Assembly: GCA_016744395.1 (NCBI GenBank)
Contig: JADGEK010000012.1
Coordinates: 2,986-66,985, forward strand
Source of the DNA: Gammaproteobacteria bacterium
GTDB taxonomy: Bacteria > Pseudomonadota > Gammaproteobacteria > GRL18
DNA: 64,000 bases
Direction: 5' to 3'
Each line of letters opens with the position of its first letter. The first letter of the stretch is position 1. The translations under genes and the position numbers were made by a program. Under the pieces are notes generated by a model. The model did no database searches. It saw nothing but the letters and a program-made list of their open reading frames with translations, and was not told the DNA's origin. Positions 37,234-47,016 of this stretch are shown in pieces.

Positions 37234-38889
37234 TTACAGTAACAGAAATCCGAAGATGCCAAGAGTCGGTACCCACCACCAAGTGTCATCAGGCAAGGGG
37301 TCTACCCGTTGAATGCTTCCCCAAGGCCCCTGATAGCCGTCCGTTTCAATTGCTCTAACTCTTAAATAACGTGCTTGACCGCTAATAGCGTCAAACGCCA
37401 GTTGTGCCTCGTTAGTTTTAACATCCATTTCAAGCACAGAAAAAGTATCCTCCTCAGACAATTGCACCTGGTAGTTTAGTCCTTCCCTCTCCTGGGGCCA
37501 GGTTGCGACAAGTTTACCATCATCGGGGGCCGCTAGCTGCACTTGTACTTTTTCGGGCATCGGCCTGATTTCATAATGACGGATGGTGCCCTCAGGTCCA
37601 ACTTTACCATCTGCAGCGATACTGTTCAGCTGCCAGTAATACGAACCAGGCTCTGATAACTCCAAAGTATTAAAACGGGTATCTGTTAGCCCATCCTTAG
37701 TGAGCAGTAATTGCTGAAAACCTTCATCTGAGGCTATTTTCAAACGATAGCTTTTTGCATCGGTCAAATTAGTCCATTGCAAAATTGGTGCTTTACCACG
37801 CAAGACAGCATCAATATCGGGCTTTAGCTGTACAGGAGGTTGAGGCCGAGCATCCTGCATCAGTTTTTTAATAGTATCCCGACCTTCAAATCCTTGTGAA
37901 TCAATGCCACGAACACGCAGGTAATAAGAGCCATCGTCCAGCTCTGGTAATGCGGCCCGATTATAATGACTGAGCTGTTCCCAAATCAAAGTGTTAAACT
38001 GGCTGTTGTTCGACAGCTCAACCCGATATTGAACAGCATCTTTTATGGGTTGCCAGAGTATCATGACATTAAGAGTACGTATGGGGTCGGGGATATCCTC
38101 CAGCTCAGGTGCTGAAAGTAGTGCTACTACCTGTTCAGGTGCCTTTCCCTGTTCCACTCGGGTCCCAAATCCAGTCAACAGTAATGTATCTCTGTTAGCA
38201 GCACTGACCTTAACTTTGCCTTCCAGCACTTCAATACGTGACAATTTAGTCTCTTCATTTACTGAAGTGCGGTACTCGGTACCACGTACCGCACTGATCG
38301 CAGATGGTGTGTGTATTTCGAAGCGCGAACCTGGGCCGACAGCTGGCTTCACACGAGTGTCCATACGACCAGATAATAGACGTACACGCGAGTCCACCAT
38401 GCCAGTGGTACCATGAGCAGTTAGATGATCAAAGTGCATACGACTATTGCTGTGCAGTGTTAATACCGAGTGATCGGCAAACTGAACCGCCACTGAGGTA
38501 TCACTCCCGGTAATTAGTTCATCGCCCAAGTAAACCTTTGTACCAAATTTAACCGATTTCTCAGAATTACCTTTGGCCCGCTTTAACTCGAGATTACTGC
38601 CACTGAACAATTGTATTTCGGCTGGTATGCTATTACTACTGCGCACCCATTTAAAGGGGATCCTCAGGCGAGTACCCGGACGCATTTTTTTTGGTTGCTC
38701 AATATTATTGATCTTACGGATTTGTTCAAAACGTGTTACACGGTCCAAGTGTTTTTCACTAAAATCCCAAAGGTTATCACCCTCTACGGTTGTATAAATC
38801 CAGTGTTGTCCATAGGACTGAGTAGAAGCAAGCAGAAGACCTGCAAACAATACAATGAATGATTTCAGTCGTATGCGAAGTTGAGTCAT
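37234..38889 (-). CDS. LysM plus FecR-domain periplasmic protein (usual partner of CHASE2 sensors)
   Basis: Trimmed from the track start (39051) to the ATG at 38889 (MTQLRIRLKSF..., a signal peptide). This removes the overlap with the MCP gene. LysM-like YTTVEGDNLWDFS...PGTRLRIP. FecR-like GDELITGSDTSVAVQFADHSVLTL. C-terminal TM segment. Confidence 0.7.
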   Translation of the reverse strand: MTQLRIRLKSFIVLFAGLLLASTQSYGQHWIYTTVEGDNLWDFSEKHLDRVTRFEQIRKINNIEQPKKMRPGTRLRIPFKWVRSSNSIPAEIQLFSGSNLELKRAKGNSEKSVKFGTKVYLGDELITGSDTSVAVQFADHSVLTLHSNSRMHFDHLTAHGTTGMVDSRVRLLSGRMDTRVKPAVGPGSRFEIHTPSAISAVRGTEYRTSVNEETKLSRIEVLEGKVKVSAANRDTLLLTGFGTRVEQGKAPEQVVALLSAPELEDIPDPIRTLNVMILWQPIKDAVQYRVELSNNSQFNTLIWEQLSHYNRAALPELDDGSYYLRVRGIDSQGFEGRDTIKKLMQDARPQPPVQLKPDIDAVLRGKAPILQWTNLTDAKSYRLKIASDEGFQQLLLTKDGLTDTRFNTLELSEPGSYYWQLNSIAADGKVGPEGTIRHYEIRPMPEKVQVQLAAPDDGKLVATWPQEREGLNYQVQLSEEDTFSVLEMDVKTNEAQLAFDAISGQARYLRVRAIETDGYQGPWGSIQRVDPLPDDTWWWVPTLGIFGFLLL

Positions 38890-38905
38890 AAAATGCACTT
38901 TATTT

Positions 38906-40552
38906 TTAAATCTTAAACTGTTGAATATAGCCTTGAAGTTCAACAGCCATACCAGAAAGTTCATTAGCGGAATGTTCGTTTTTACTGGAGTTTTCAGCCG
39001 TAACACCAGCAATTTTACTAATATTGTGGATATTTTTATCAATAGTCTCACTCACTTGACTTTGTTCTTTTGCTGCATCGGCTATATGGGCATTCATATT
39101 ATTAATAAGCTGAATGGCATCAATAATTTCATCTAATGCCTTACCAGCATCAGCAGCAGTTTCGACTGCTGAACTTCCTTTTTTACGGCCCTCGGACATA
39201 ACATTTACTGCATTTTTTGCTCCAGATTGCAAACGGTCAATCATTTGTTCTATTTCAGCCGTGGATTCTTGTGTTTTAACCGCCAGGGTTCTAACTTCAT
39301 CGGCAACGACTGCGAACCCTCTACCCTGTTCACCAGCTCTTGCTGCTTCAATTGCTGCATTTAAGGCAAGTAAATTGGTTTGTTCAGCAATTCCTTTAAT
39401 AACATCCAACACAGAACCAATATTTTCGCTGTCTTCTTGTAAGTGAGCAAGAACACCAGAAGCACTGTCAACCTCTTTAGCGAGATCTTCAATCGCATTT
39501 ATGGTTTTAGTTACAATCTGCTGTCCCTGTTTCGTATTATGCATCGCTTTTTCGGCAACATCTGCGGCATTTGCTGTACTTGACTCTACTTCTTGGATAG
39601 AAGATGTCATTTGAGTAATAGCCGATGCAACATCGTCAGTAGCTTGTTGTTGCTTGGTAATTGCTGAATGGTTTTCGCGTGTAATTTCCCCAACATGGTC
39701 AACTGAAGCGCTCACTTGACTCGAAGAATTTACGATTTGGCGAATTAAGTGTTGTAGCTTATCTAAAAACTGATTGAATGTTTTGGATAAAATACCTAAC
39801 TCATCATTACTTTTAACATCAATACGAACCGTTAAATCACCCTGACCAGAAGCAATATCGCTAACTCTTTCTATGATTTTATTGATCATTGCACAAGCAG
39901 TTTTGGGTAATACAAAGCTAACCAGTAAACAAAATAGTACTCCAATTACTGAAGTGACTAAAGAGGTTGTTATACTGGCTTCAGATTCTTGATAAGCGTG
40001 TTGTGTCACTATGTCAATTTCTTTCTCTATTTCCTCAGTCATTTCATCAATAATAGAGCGGATCTCATTGAAAGCCTGGTCAGCTTGACCAAAACTTAAA
40101 TCAATAGCAGTTTGTCTTCCTGTAGCTTTATCGGCAGTTCGTTCTGATTGAACTTTAAGTGTTAACGGTTTCCATAATATGTGTTTTTTTAAAGCTAATT
40201 TGGCTTTATCCTTTAAATGTTGACTTGAAATAAGCTGAGAAAATTTTCCAAGACGTTGTTCTACTTGTTCAATATTCTCATTATGTTGCCCGACTAAGGC
40301 TTTAAATTCATTAGATTGTGCTTCAACAAAAATAAAACTGCGCTCTGCAACTTGGGCTTGATAGAGATCCCTATCTGCTTGAAGAAGTATATCAATACTA
40401 GGTAGATACTCATCGGCTATTTTTTTTAAGTTGCTGTCTTGTGTGTTAAGGCCAAGAACTCCAACGCTGGAAATAATAATAATTAGGATGGCTATGATAA
40501 AAAGCGGAATAGCAAGCTTCCAGCGAAAACTTAAATTATTTAAAAAATTCAT
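38906..40552 (-). CDS. Methyl-accepting chemotaxis protein
   Basis: Two TM segments, a HAMP domain, and the highly conserved signalling hairpin [32 protein letters not shown]. Confidence 0.9.
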   Translation of the reverse strand: MNFLNNLSFRWKLAIPLFIIAILIIIISSVGVLGLNTQDSNLKKIADEYLPSIDILLQADRDLYQAQVAERSFIFVEAQSNEFKALVGQHNENIEQVEQRLGKFSQLISSQHLKDKAKLALKKHILWKPLTLKVQSERTADKATGRQTAIDLSFGQADQAFNEIRSIIDEMTEEIEKEIDIVTQHAYQESEASITTSLVTSVIGVLFCLLVSFVLPKTACAMINKIIERVSDIASGQGDLTVRIDVKSNDELGILSKTFNQFLDKLQHLIRQIVNSSSQVSASVDHVGEITRENHSAITKQQQATDDVASAITQMTSSIQEVESSTANAADVAEKAMHNTKQGQQIVTKTINAIEDLAKEVDSASGVLAHLQEDSENIGSVLDVIKGIAEQTNLLALNAAIEAARAGEQGRGFAVVADEVRTLAVKTQESTAEIEQMIDRLQSGAKNAVNVMSEGRKKGSSAVETAADAGKALDEIIDAIQLINNMNAHIADAAKEQSQVSETIDKNIHNISKIAGVTAENSSKNEHSANELSGMAVELQGYIQQFKI

Positions 40553-40968
40553 AATATCCTCATCTTATTGGTACATTCTAGATTTATATATCGAATCAAT
40601 AAAATCTGATTACAAATCATTATTATTTTTCATGTTCTAGCATCAGCATTAAATGCAAATATATTATTAATATAGATCAAAAATAGTCATTGTCAAAATT
40701 AATTAGTTTAGCAATGTTTATGATAAGCATGGTTAAGATACGGGCGTGCTCTAAGAAAAAAACTATGCTTTGATTATTTGTATCAGTGATTACACACATG
40801 GCTGGCTTGATTTACCAAGTGATAGCAAAAGAAACCGATAAAACTATTTTTCGCCTAAAATATTATTTTATTGTAATAATGCTGTCACAAACATCATATA
40901 TCCTATTCTTATTCACACCCTTTGTTTTAATAAATTATGAATGAACATTTAAGTAATGGTTAACCCTA

Positions 40969-41274
40969 ATGAAACTTAAAAAAACACTAAGTCATCTAAA
41001 AGACCTTTTTACAAAAAAAGAACCCAATAAAAAATATAATGACAAAATGAACATGATATTGGATCAGCTGAAAGGCAAAGCAATTCAACTTGAAATTCAA
41101 CTGGAAAGTGAAGAGAACGAAAGAGAACGTAAAAAAATATACCTGAAGCTTAAAGTTATTAATAAACAGATTAGAAAGGGTGAAAAACTAATACAAGAAA
41201 GGGTAAAAGTCCCTCTTAAGCAAAAGAAAGTCACTGAAACACAGCTCGCAGCGATTTCAGTCTACGAGAAATGA
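40969..41274 (+). CDS. Small Lys-rich coiled-coil protein, unknown function
   Basis: ORF track only. 101 aa, highly charged and helical in composition. Confidence 0.35.
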   Translation: MKLKKTLSHLKDLFTKKEPNKKYNDKMNMILDQLKGKAIQLEIQLESEENERERKKIYLKLKVINKQIRKGEKLIQERVKVPLKQKKVTETQLAAISVYEK

Positions 41275-41368
41275 TGGCTGAAATACAAAAAATGAATAGA
41301 CTGTATTTTCAATTTATTGATTAAAAAATAGCATTTAATTTCCTGGGCTTATTCAGGTGCTGAACCCA

Positions 41369-41954
41369 TTATTCGTCAGTACCAATACTTCCACCCATAT
41401 CAGAGACCAGCCGCTGATATTCAGTATCCTTATGTAATAAATTCCGCCCACCGATAACAAGCTTGTCGACAGTTTCTTCACTGAGAGCAAAACTGGTTGG
41501 TATTTTGTTAAAGAAGGTTTGCAGTTTAGGCTCTCTTATACTCTGTAAGCCAATATTAATAATGTAAGCCTAGATTTGTCTTTGAGGCATTGATATCTCT
41601 TTTGCCCAACGCTCGACACTACGCTTCATTAATTCCTGAGTAGTAAGTAGTACTATTATATCGATGCAATTGAACATCACTCATCGCTGAAATGGTCTCA
41701 CCAATAGAAGGTTCCTCACGACTAAACGACATGTCAGGTCTGGGTTGTGTTAATGCTGCGGCACGAGTGCCTCCTCCTGAGAAGCTTAAAATGAGTGTAA
41801 TATCATCCTTAGTATCTTCTTTAGCCCAGGAATGCCAGGAATAACCATCATAGTCAACAGTCTTTTGGGGGAGGTTATCAATAACCCCATAAGACGTGCA
41901 ACCCACCATAATAAAAGCAACGAGTAAGTTGATTGTGAGGTAGTATAGAGGCAT
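41369..41954 (-). pseudogene. Decayed patatin-like phospholipase lipoprotein gene
   Basis: The N-terminal fragment (41619-41954) has a lipobox (MVGC) and the patatin oxyanion motif SFSGGGTRAAAL, then loses similarity and stops. A different frame (41369-41569) encodes the typical family C-terminus ...FFNKIPTSFALSEETVDKLVIGGRNLLHKDTEYQRLV*. No GxSxG is present, and the total span is only about 195 codons. Confidence 0.55.
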
Positions 41955-42196
41955 TACTCACTGTATTCCTGGTAGGCTTTAGACCCCCCCATGATTAATG
42001 CCCCTAGACCTGCACCAATGAGTGTTGATTTACGGTTGTCACCAATAATAACTCCAGCAGCAGCTCCACCGACAGCCCCAATTGCAGCACTTTGGGTAAT
42101 TGCCATGCCTTTGTGGTTTGTGGGTGTATTGTATGGATTAGTAGAGCAACCTGTTGCTATGACAAAAACAAGTGATACAAATATAATATTTTTCAT
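41954..42196 (-). CDS. Glycine-zipper lipoprotein (OsmB/YMGG-like)
   Basis: Lipobox ATGC. AIGAVGGAAAGVIIGDNRKSTLIGAGLGALIMGG. Its stop overlaps the pseudogene ATG (TAATG). Confidence 0.7.
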   Translation of the reverse strand: MKNIIFVSLVFVIATGCSTNPYNTPTNHKGMAITQSAAIGAVGGAAAGVIIGDNRKSTLIGAGLGALIMGGSKAYQEYSE

Positions 42197-42396
42197 AATC
42201 TCTGTCCGTTTTTTAAATTAAGGCTATTATAAACGTAAGAACCTGAATCAAATATGAACCAATAACTACAATAGTTTATCGATCAGTTATTGATAAATTA
42301 TATTGTTCTTAATCAAATAGATACTAATAATAATTAATGTTAAATGTAAGTCTGGCTCATGGAAATATTTTCATACGGATAAGGCATGCCTTGTCT

Positions 42397-43626
42397 CTAT
42401 TTAAAAATCCCCTTATACATTGTATTTGCCACTGTATAGCGATCACTCCCCCACTTAGATTGGTTTAACATGATCACAAAGGGATAGCTTTCTCCTTTTG
42501 GTGAAAGCATAAAACCTGTATAAGTTGATATTCCTTTAAGAGTGCCTGTTTTTGCTTGAAATCGTCCTTTATCGATTCTTAATAAATCCTGATGTGGTTT
42601 AAAATGATTGAGTATTTCTATCATTTGATTAGCAGTAAACTGATTGTTCCGAGATAAACCAGAGCCTTCTTCTAAAGTAAAATGATTAATACCTATGGTA
42701 TTCATTAAAAATTCTGAAACAGCCTGTCGCCCTTTGTTGAGATCAGCAGGTGCACCTTTTTGCTGTCCGCCCAAAATAATAAAGAGTTGATTGGCTATTA
42801 GATTATTGGAAAATTTTAATAAACTTTTAATAATATTTGATATCGGTTTTGATTGATGTGTATAAATAATTTTTGAGTTCTCAGGCATTTCTTGATTGAT
42901 AATCTTAAGTGGCACATTTATTCCTTCGTTTCTAAGAAATATTTGCATCAGTTCAGAAAAATATCGTAGAGTTAACTTGCTATTTTGCCCAATATTAATA
43001 CGATGCTTACCTGCTGATAACTTTTTTGCCAATGAGATTGCCGTTGGCGTCAATGGCGTTTGTTGCTCAGCACTGATGAGCAACCCCTTTCTTGTTCGGT
43101 GTACATTGATGGTATTATAATTGGCTACCAATGCGCCCACTGTTGAGTCATAGGGATTGTTGCTATTTGATTGGCCATGTATTTTTAGATTAGAATTAAA
43201 AAAGCTGGTATCAAGCCAGAATCCTTTTAAAGGAACACCTGATTTGCTTTTTAATTTCTTTTTTAGTTGTTTGGCAATGGCCGATAATGATTCTGAAACC
43301 AGTGATGGGTCACCAAAACCTTTTACACCCAAATAGTGATCTTCTGTGAGGTAAAATTCAGTTTTAATTCTATAGTCTTTGCCTAATTTTGAAATAAATG
43401 CATCTGCAGTTGCGATTTTTAAAATGGATGCAGGAATCATTTTTTTTTCAGCATTATGAGAAAAAATGGTATTACCTTTTGGGTCCTGGACTACAATAGA
43501 ACCACCCTTGAGCTGGGGTATAATCTGGCTTGTCCAGTTGCTGGCATGACAATCAGCAAACAATAACAGGGTGATAAATAGGATTATTTTATACATTAAC
43601 AAGATCTTCATGAATGAGTGGAGCAT
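42397..43626 (-). CDS. D-alanyl-D-alanine carboxypeptidase/endopeptidase, PBP4 (S13) family
   Basis: SxxK motif PASILKI. SxN motif LLKFSNNLIANQLF (compare E. coli DacB KKSDNMIAD, recalled from memory). KTG motif AKTGTLKG. Confidence 0.8.
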   Translation of the reverse strand: MLHSFMKILLMYKIILFITLLLFADCHASNWTSQIIPQLKGGSIVVQDPKGNTIFSHNAEKKMIPASILKIATADAFISKLGKDYRIKTEFYLTEDHYLGVKGFGDPSLVSESLSAIAKQLKKKLKSKSGVPLKGFWLDTSFFNSNLKIHGQSNSNNPYDSTVGALVANYNTINVHRTRKGLLISAEQQTPLTPTAISLAKKLSAGKHRINIGQNSKLTLRYFSELMQIFLRNEGINVPLKIINQEMPENSKIIYTHQSKPISNIIKSLLKFSNNLIANQLFIILGGQQKGAPADLNKGRQAVSEFLMNTIGINHFTLEEGSGLSRNNQFTANQMIEILNHFKPHQDLLRIDKGRFQAKTGTLKGISTYTGFMLSPKGESYPFVIMLNQSKWGSDRYTVANTMYKGIFK

Positions 43627-43938
43627 ATTTTTTTATATGTAACACTTTCAAAGGTTTCACGATTGGACTCTTTCATTTACTATGTGATTCAAAGAATTTT
43701 TTTTATCGAATTTTAGGAAAATTTAATCACTGATATATCAAATAAATGAGTATAAACCTTATTTTTAGATAAAATAAGAAATAACTTTCCTATATAAAAA
43801 AGAAACAATGAATTATAGGTTATAGGATAGGATATATCTTACATATAAGATATCTTTATAGACTGTTTATAGGTAAATATTCACGTTTGTGTGATAATTA
43901 GCCAAGAGTAAATATCTAACACACATTGGAGAATAACA

Positions 43939-44154
43939 TTGAATTTATTTAAAAATAATGTCGGTAAAATTGATCGTGTCATTAGACTGGTTGTGGGTAT
44001 TATTTTAATTGGAAATGTTTTTTATGCACTGCACCATCCTATCGGTTGGGTTGGTATCATATTGATTGTGACAGGAATTGCAGGTAAGTGTCCTCTTTAT
44101 TCAATACTTGGTCTTAATACTAAAACATTGTCCGAAAAAGCAGGTCTGAAATAA
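43939..44154 (+). CDS. DUF2892 (YgaP-like) small membrane protein
   Basis: TTG start preceded by GGAGAA. GKIDRVIRLVVGIILI...GKCPLYSILGLNT. Confidence 0.7.
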   Translation: MNLFKNNVGKIDRVIRLVVGIILIGNVFYALHHPIGWVGIILIVTGIAGKCPLYSILGLNTKTLSEKAGLK

Positions 44155-44164
44155 GGAGAGTTTT

Positions 44165-44422
44165 ATGGAAGCTCAAGGAATTATAATGATGGTGCTTATT
44201 GGTGCTTTAGCTGGATGGCTGGCAGGACTGATATTAAAAGGCAAAGGGATGGGGTTTCTTATAAATGCTGTCGTTGGGATAGTCGGAGCATTTATCGGCA
44301 GCTACCTGTTTGGCTTGATTGGTTTTTCTGTTGGCAGCGGCTTAATTGGAGCAGTCATCACATCCACAGCAGGTGCTGTGGTATTGCTTGCTATTGTTGG
44401 TGTTTTGAGAAAATCTCAATAA
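44165..44422 (+). CDS. GlsB/YeaQ/YmgE-family stress membrane protein
   Basis: GALAGWLAGLILKGKGMGFLINAVVGIVGAFIGSYLF, a three-TM glycine-rich pattern. Confidence 0.8.
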   Translation: MEAQGIIMMVLIGALAGWLAGLILKGKGMGFLINAVVGIVGAFIGSYLFGLIGFSVGSGLIGAVITSTAGAVVLLAIVGVLRKSQ

Positions 44423-44542
44423 ATTTAAGTTCACTCGAATGACAAATTTAATAAAAAATAAACTATTTATGAACTTTTATTAATTGACACAAGTCAAAGA
44501 CTTAACGGCAAGTCAATGCCATTTAATCCAGAGAATAATACA

Positions 44543-45163
44543 ATGAAAAAATTACTGATTTTATGTACTTCTATCACATGTTTCTCTTTATCCAATAGTG
44601 TATTAGCTGAGCAATCAAGCTGGGATACCGTTAAACAAAAATCGGGTGAAACCTGGGAAGCAACAAAAAAAGCATCTGGTGAAACTTGGGAAGCCACTAA
44701 GGAAGCTTCTGGCGTCGCATGGGAAAAGACAAAAGAAATGTCCAATGAAACTTGGAGTAATGTCAAAGAAAGTTCTAATGATGGTTGGGACAATGCTAAA
44801 GACAATTCCAATGAAGGCTGGGATCAGGCAAAAGTACAATCCAGTGATACATGGGATAAAGCTAAAAAACAATCCAATGCAATATGGGAAGAGGCAAAAG
44901 TAAAATCAAGCCATGCATGGGATACTGTGACCGATGAAGCGACCTGGCAGGCCGCGAAAGAAAAGTCTCATTCTTATTGGATGTCTGCAAAAGAAAAATC
45001 ACATACAGTCTGGAGCGAAGCTAAGGCAGACTCTCATGAAGCATGGAATAATGGTAAAGATTATTCATATCAACAGTGGGAAAAAGCTAAAGCAATATCA
45101 GCACGTGGCTGGGATGCAAGTAAAAATAATAGTGTTGAGAGTGAACCCGCTATCACACAATAG
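44543..45163 (+). CDS. Secreted protein built of 16 phased 11-residue W-x3-K repeats
   Basis: Start moved to MKKLLILCTS... (signal peptide ending VLA/EQ). Trp recurs every 11 residues (one 9-residue spacing): SGETWEATKKA SGETWEATKEA SGVAWEKTKEM SNETWSNVKES, and so on. Confidence 0.75.
   Translation: MKKLLILCTSITCFSLSNSVLAEQSSWDTVKQKSGETWEATKKASGETWEATKEASGVAWEKTKEMSNETWSNVKESSNDGWDNAKDNSNEGWDQAKVQSSDTWDKAKKQSNAIWEEAKVKSSHAWDTVTDEATWQAAKEKSHSYWMSAKEKSHTVWSEAKADSHEAWNNGKDYSYQQWEKAKAISARGWDASKNNSVESEPAITQ
44612..45130 (+). repeat. In-frame 33-bp tandem repeat array (about 15.7 units) inside the CDS
   Basis: TGG codons run from 44621 to 45110. Fifteen intervals total 489 nt, which is 15x33 minus one 6-nt shortening. 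The units have diverged at the nucleotide level. Confidence 0.8.
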
Positions 45164-45259
45164 TCAATCTATTGATGTATGGTGCTTTATTAGCTGCTCC
45201 CTCTGCACCAAAAGTAGATACCTGAGGCGAAGGAGGAACCTGAAGAAATAGAAAATTCT

Positions 45260-46192
45260 TTATTCTCTTGCCAATTGGGCCGTAAATAAAAGCGAGCTAA
45301 AAGCCTCACCGTCTTTATAAGAAAGCGCCAGTTTGCCATTAACAAAACTGTATTTTTCAATATTTGAAAGCGCCTTTAGGAAACGAGATTCAAGCTCCAT
45401 CAAGTCTTCAGGGCAAGCCATACGTGTTCCCCCTGTTTTGCTGATATTAAGCTCTCCTATAGACTTGCCTGGTTTAATACTAGCGAAATAATGATTACAG
45501 CCACTTCGACCTGATATTTTATCACCTTCAACTTGCAGAGTAATATTAATATCTTTAGGCAAGGCTTCACGCCAGTTGATATGAGTTAACCTCCATTGGA
45601 CACCTTCAAGGTCAGTCATTGAAACTGACCCAAGCGATTGGGCTTTACTTTCTATCAATTGATTATTCTTCAATGACCAGCTACGCAATACTTTATGGGT
45701 TGGACAACATGCCGCATCATTATGAGTTGCCTGAATAACATCTAATTCAATTTTTCCTTGATTGACCCGTCCCATTCTTAATTGAACTCTATCGCCAATG
45801 AGATGAGTGGACAGATTAGCTATTTTATTATTTTGAGAGCCTAATATTGCCATAAAGACACGAGTGCCTGAACCACCTGAACTTTCCCATAAAAAAACCA
45901 CACGCTCATCAGAACCATTGCCATCCACATCACCAATAAATGAAAAATCTTTGATAAGACCCACTGTTGGTCTGGATGCACCACCTTTCACAAAGGGAAC
46001 TCCTGACCATTTCCCATCTTTTAAGTGAACATTTTTATTTTTATAAATGCCATGGTAAACAGCATCCATGGCAATACTCATGCCTGGAGTGCCAGGAGAG
46101 GCATCAGATGAACTTGCTACACTGGCATTAATTATTAATAGGCTAAAGCTAATTAATAATATTGATTGAAATATTGCTTTATAAGTGTTCAA
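45260..46192 (-). CDS. Secreted META-domain (HslJ-like) protein with an extra N-terminal domain
   Basis: Signal peptide. C-terminal META pattern LEGVQWRLTHI...GRSGCNHYFASI...GGTRMACPEDLMELESRFLKAL. Confidence 0.7.
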   Translation of the reverse strand: MNTYKAIFQSILLISFSLLIINASVASSSDASPGTPGMSIAMDAVYHGIYKNKNVHLKDGKWSGVPFVKGGASRPTVGLIKDFSFIGDVDGNGSDERVVFLWESSGGSGTRVFMAILGSQNNKIANLSTHLIGDRVQLRMGRVNQGKIELDVIQATHNDAACCPTHKVLRSWSLKNNQLIESKAQSLGSVSMTDLEGVQWRLTHINWREALPKDINITLQVEGDKISGRSGCNHYFASIKPGKSIGELNISKTGGTRMACPEDLMELESRFLKALSNIEKYSFVNGKLALSYKDGEAFSSLLFTAQLARE

Positions 46193-46250
46193 TTATTACT
46201 CCAATATAAATATATTTTTTAATTCTTTAATAATAGTATATGTACAGCAG

Positions 46251-46664
46251 TTATTCTAATGCACTCATATTTGTACTATATTTATAAAGTTTTTCCCTTA
46301 TCCATATTAAAGCCTCATTTTGGTTTAAAAATGATTTTGAATCACCAACATAGTCAGCAATATGAGCCTGGCATACTTCAGTGAGACTAAATTGCAACAT
46401 TGATGACTCAACAATAGCGATAAATAAGTTCGAATTAATCTTAGAAATTTTTTGAAAAATAGTGCTAATTTCTATAATATCTTCTGCAGTGACATTGTAT
46501 TCTGAGCACCATGACTTATCAATAATCTGGTATTCCAGGTTACTTACTTTATCTTGTTGATAAATTTTATTTTGAGCGTCAATGACTTCTTTGCCATTGA
46601 CTTCATCACAAATGCGCATAATAACACCTCTACCCTCATCAACATAGTTTATGTCTATTGTCAT
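46251..46664 (-). CDS. Hypothetical protein (137 aa)
   Basis: ORF track only; no motif recognised. Confidence 0.4.
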   Translation of the reverse strand: MTIDINYVDEGRGVIMRICDEVNGKEVIDAQNKIYQQDKVSNLEYQIIDKSWCSEYNVTAEDIIEISTIFQKISKINSNLFIAIVESSMLQFSLTEVCQAHIADYVGDSKSFLNQNEALIWIREKLYKYSTNMSALE

Positions 46665-46688
46665 AAATCACCTTTTAATCATCATTTT

Positions 46689-46871
46689 TTAATGAAAATA
46701 CTTATCATACAAGACACCTGAAGTTTGATCTTTATAACTTGAAATGGCTTTTTCAAATGCCATTTCTAATGTATAAAGGATTTCATCAGGTAGTTTGTCA
46801 TCATTTTCAAGCTCCCATAATTTTATAAATTTTATCCAATGCTCGACTTCATCAAAAATATCATTTTCCAT
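46689..46871 (-). CDS. Hypothetical small acidic protein (60 aa)
   Basis: ORF track only. It lies 24 bp upstream of the 137-aa ORF on the same strand. Confidence 0.3.
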   Translation of the reverse strand: MENDIFDEVEHWIKFIKLWELENDDKLPDEILYTLEMAFEKAISSYKDQTSGVLYDKYFH

Positions 46872-47016
46872 TTGTTTTTTACCTTCTATTTTTATTGATA
46901 ATAAAAAAAAACAGAGTGATTTTCATGACTTAATATGACAAAAAAATTGACCTTTTCAGACAATTGAGTTATTTATAAATTGTAATGCTTTTTATCAAGT
47001 AATTTCTGAGAGAGAT

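Noticed and set aside
38890-39051. Upstream extension of the FecR-LysM ORF ([12 protein letters not shown]...), overlapping the MCP 3' end.
   Set aside because: The internal ATG at 38889 begins a proper signal peptide and lies 16 nt downstream of the MCP stop codon. The extension would overlap the MCP coding region by 146 nt.
38045-39446. Plus-strand ORFs of 69-123 aa (38045-38416, 38304-38513, 38573-38862, 38921-39136, 39114-39446).
   Set aside because: They are antisense to the FecR-LysM and MCP genes. Their Ser/Ala/Thr-rich translations mirror the reverse complement of the MCP's Ala/Ser-rich codons.
40834-40841. ACCGATAA, a 7/8 match to the sigma-28 -10 element GCCGATAA, about 130 bp upstream of the small Lys-rich ORF.
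   Set aside because: No TAAA-type -35 element lies at the required spacing of about 15 nt; the sequence there is TTTACCAA. A lone partial -10 match is insufficient.
44494-45251. Alternative-frame and antisense ORFs across the 33-bp repeat region (44494-44811, 44615-44872, 44646-44903, 44934-45251).
   Set aside because: They are artefacts of the tandem repeat keeping several frames open. Only the frame with a signal peptide and the W-x3-K periodicity is coherent.
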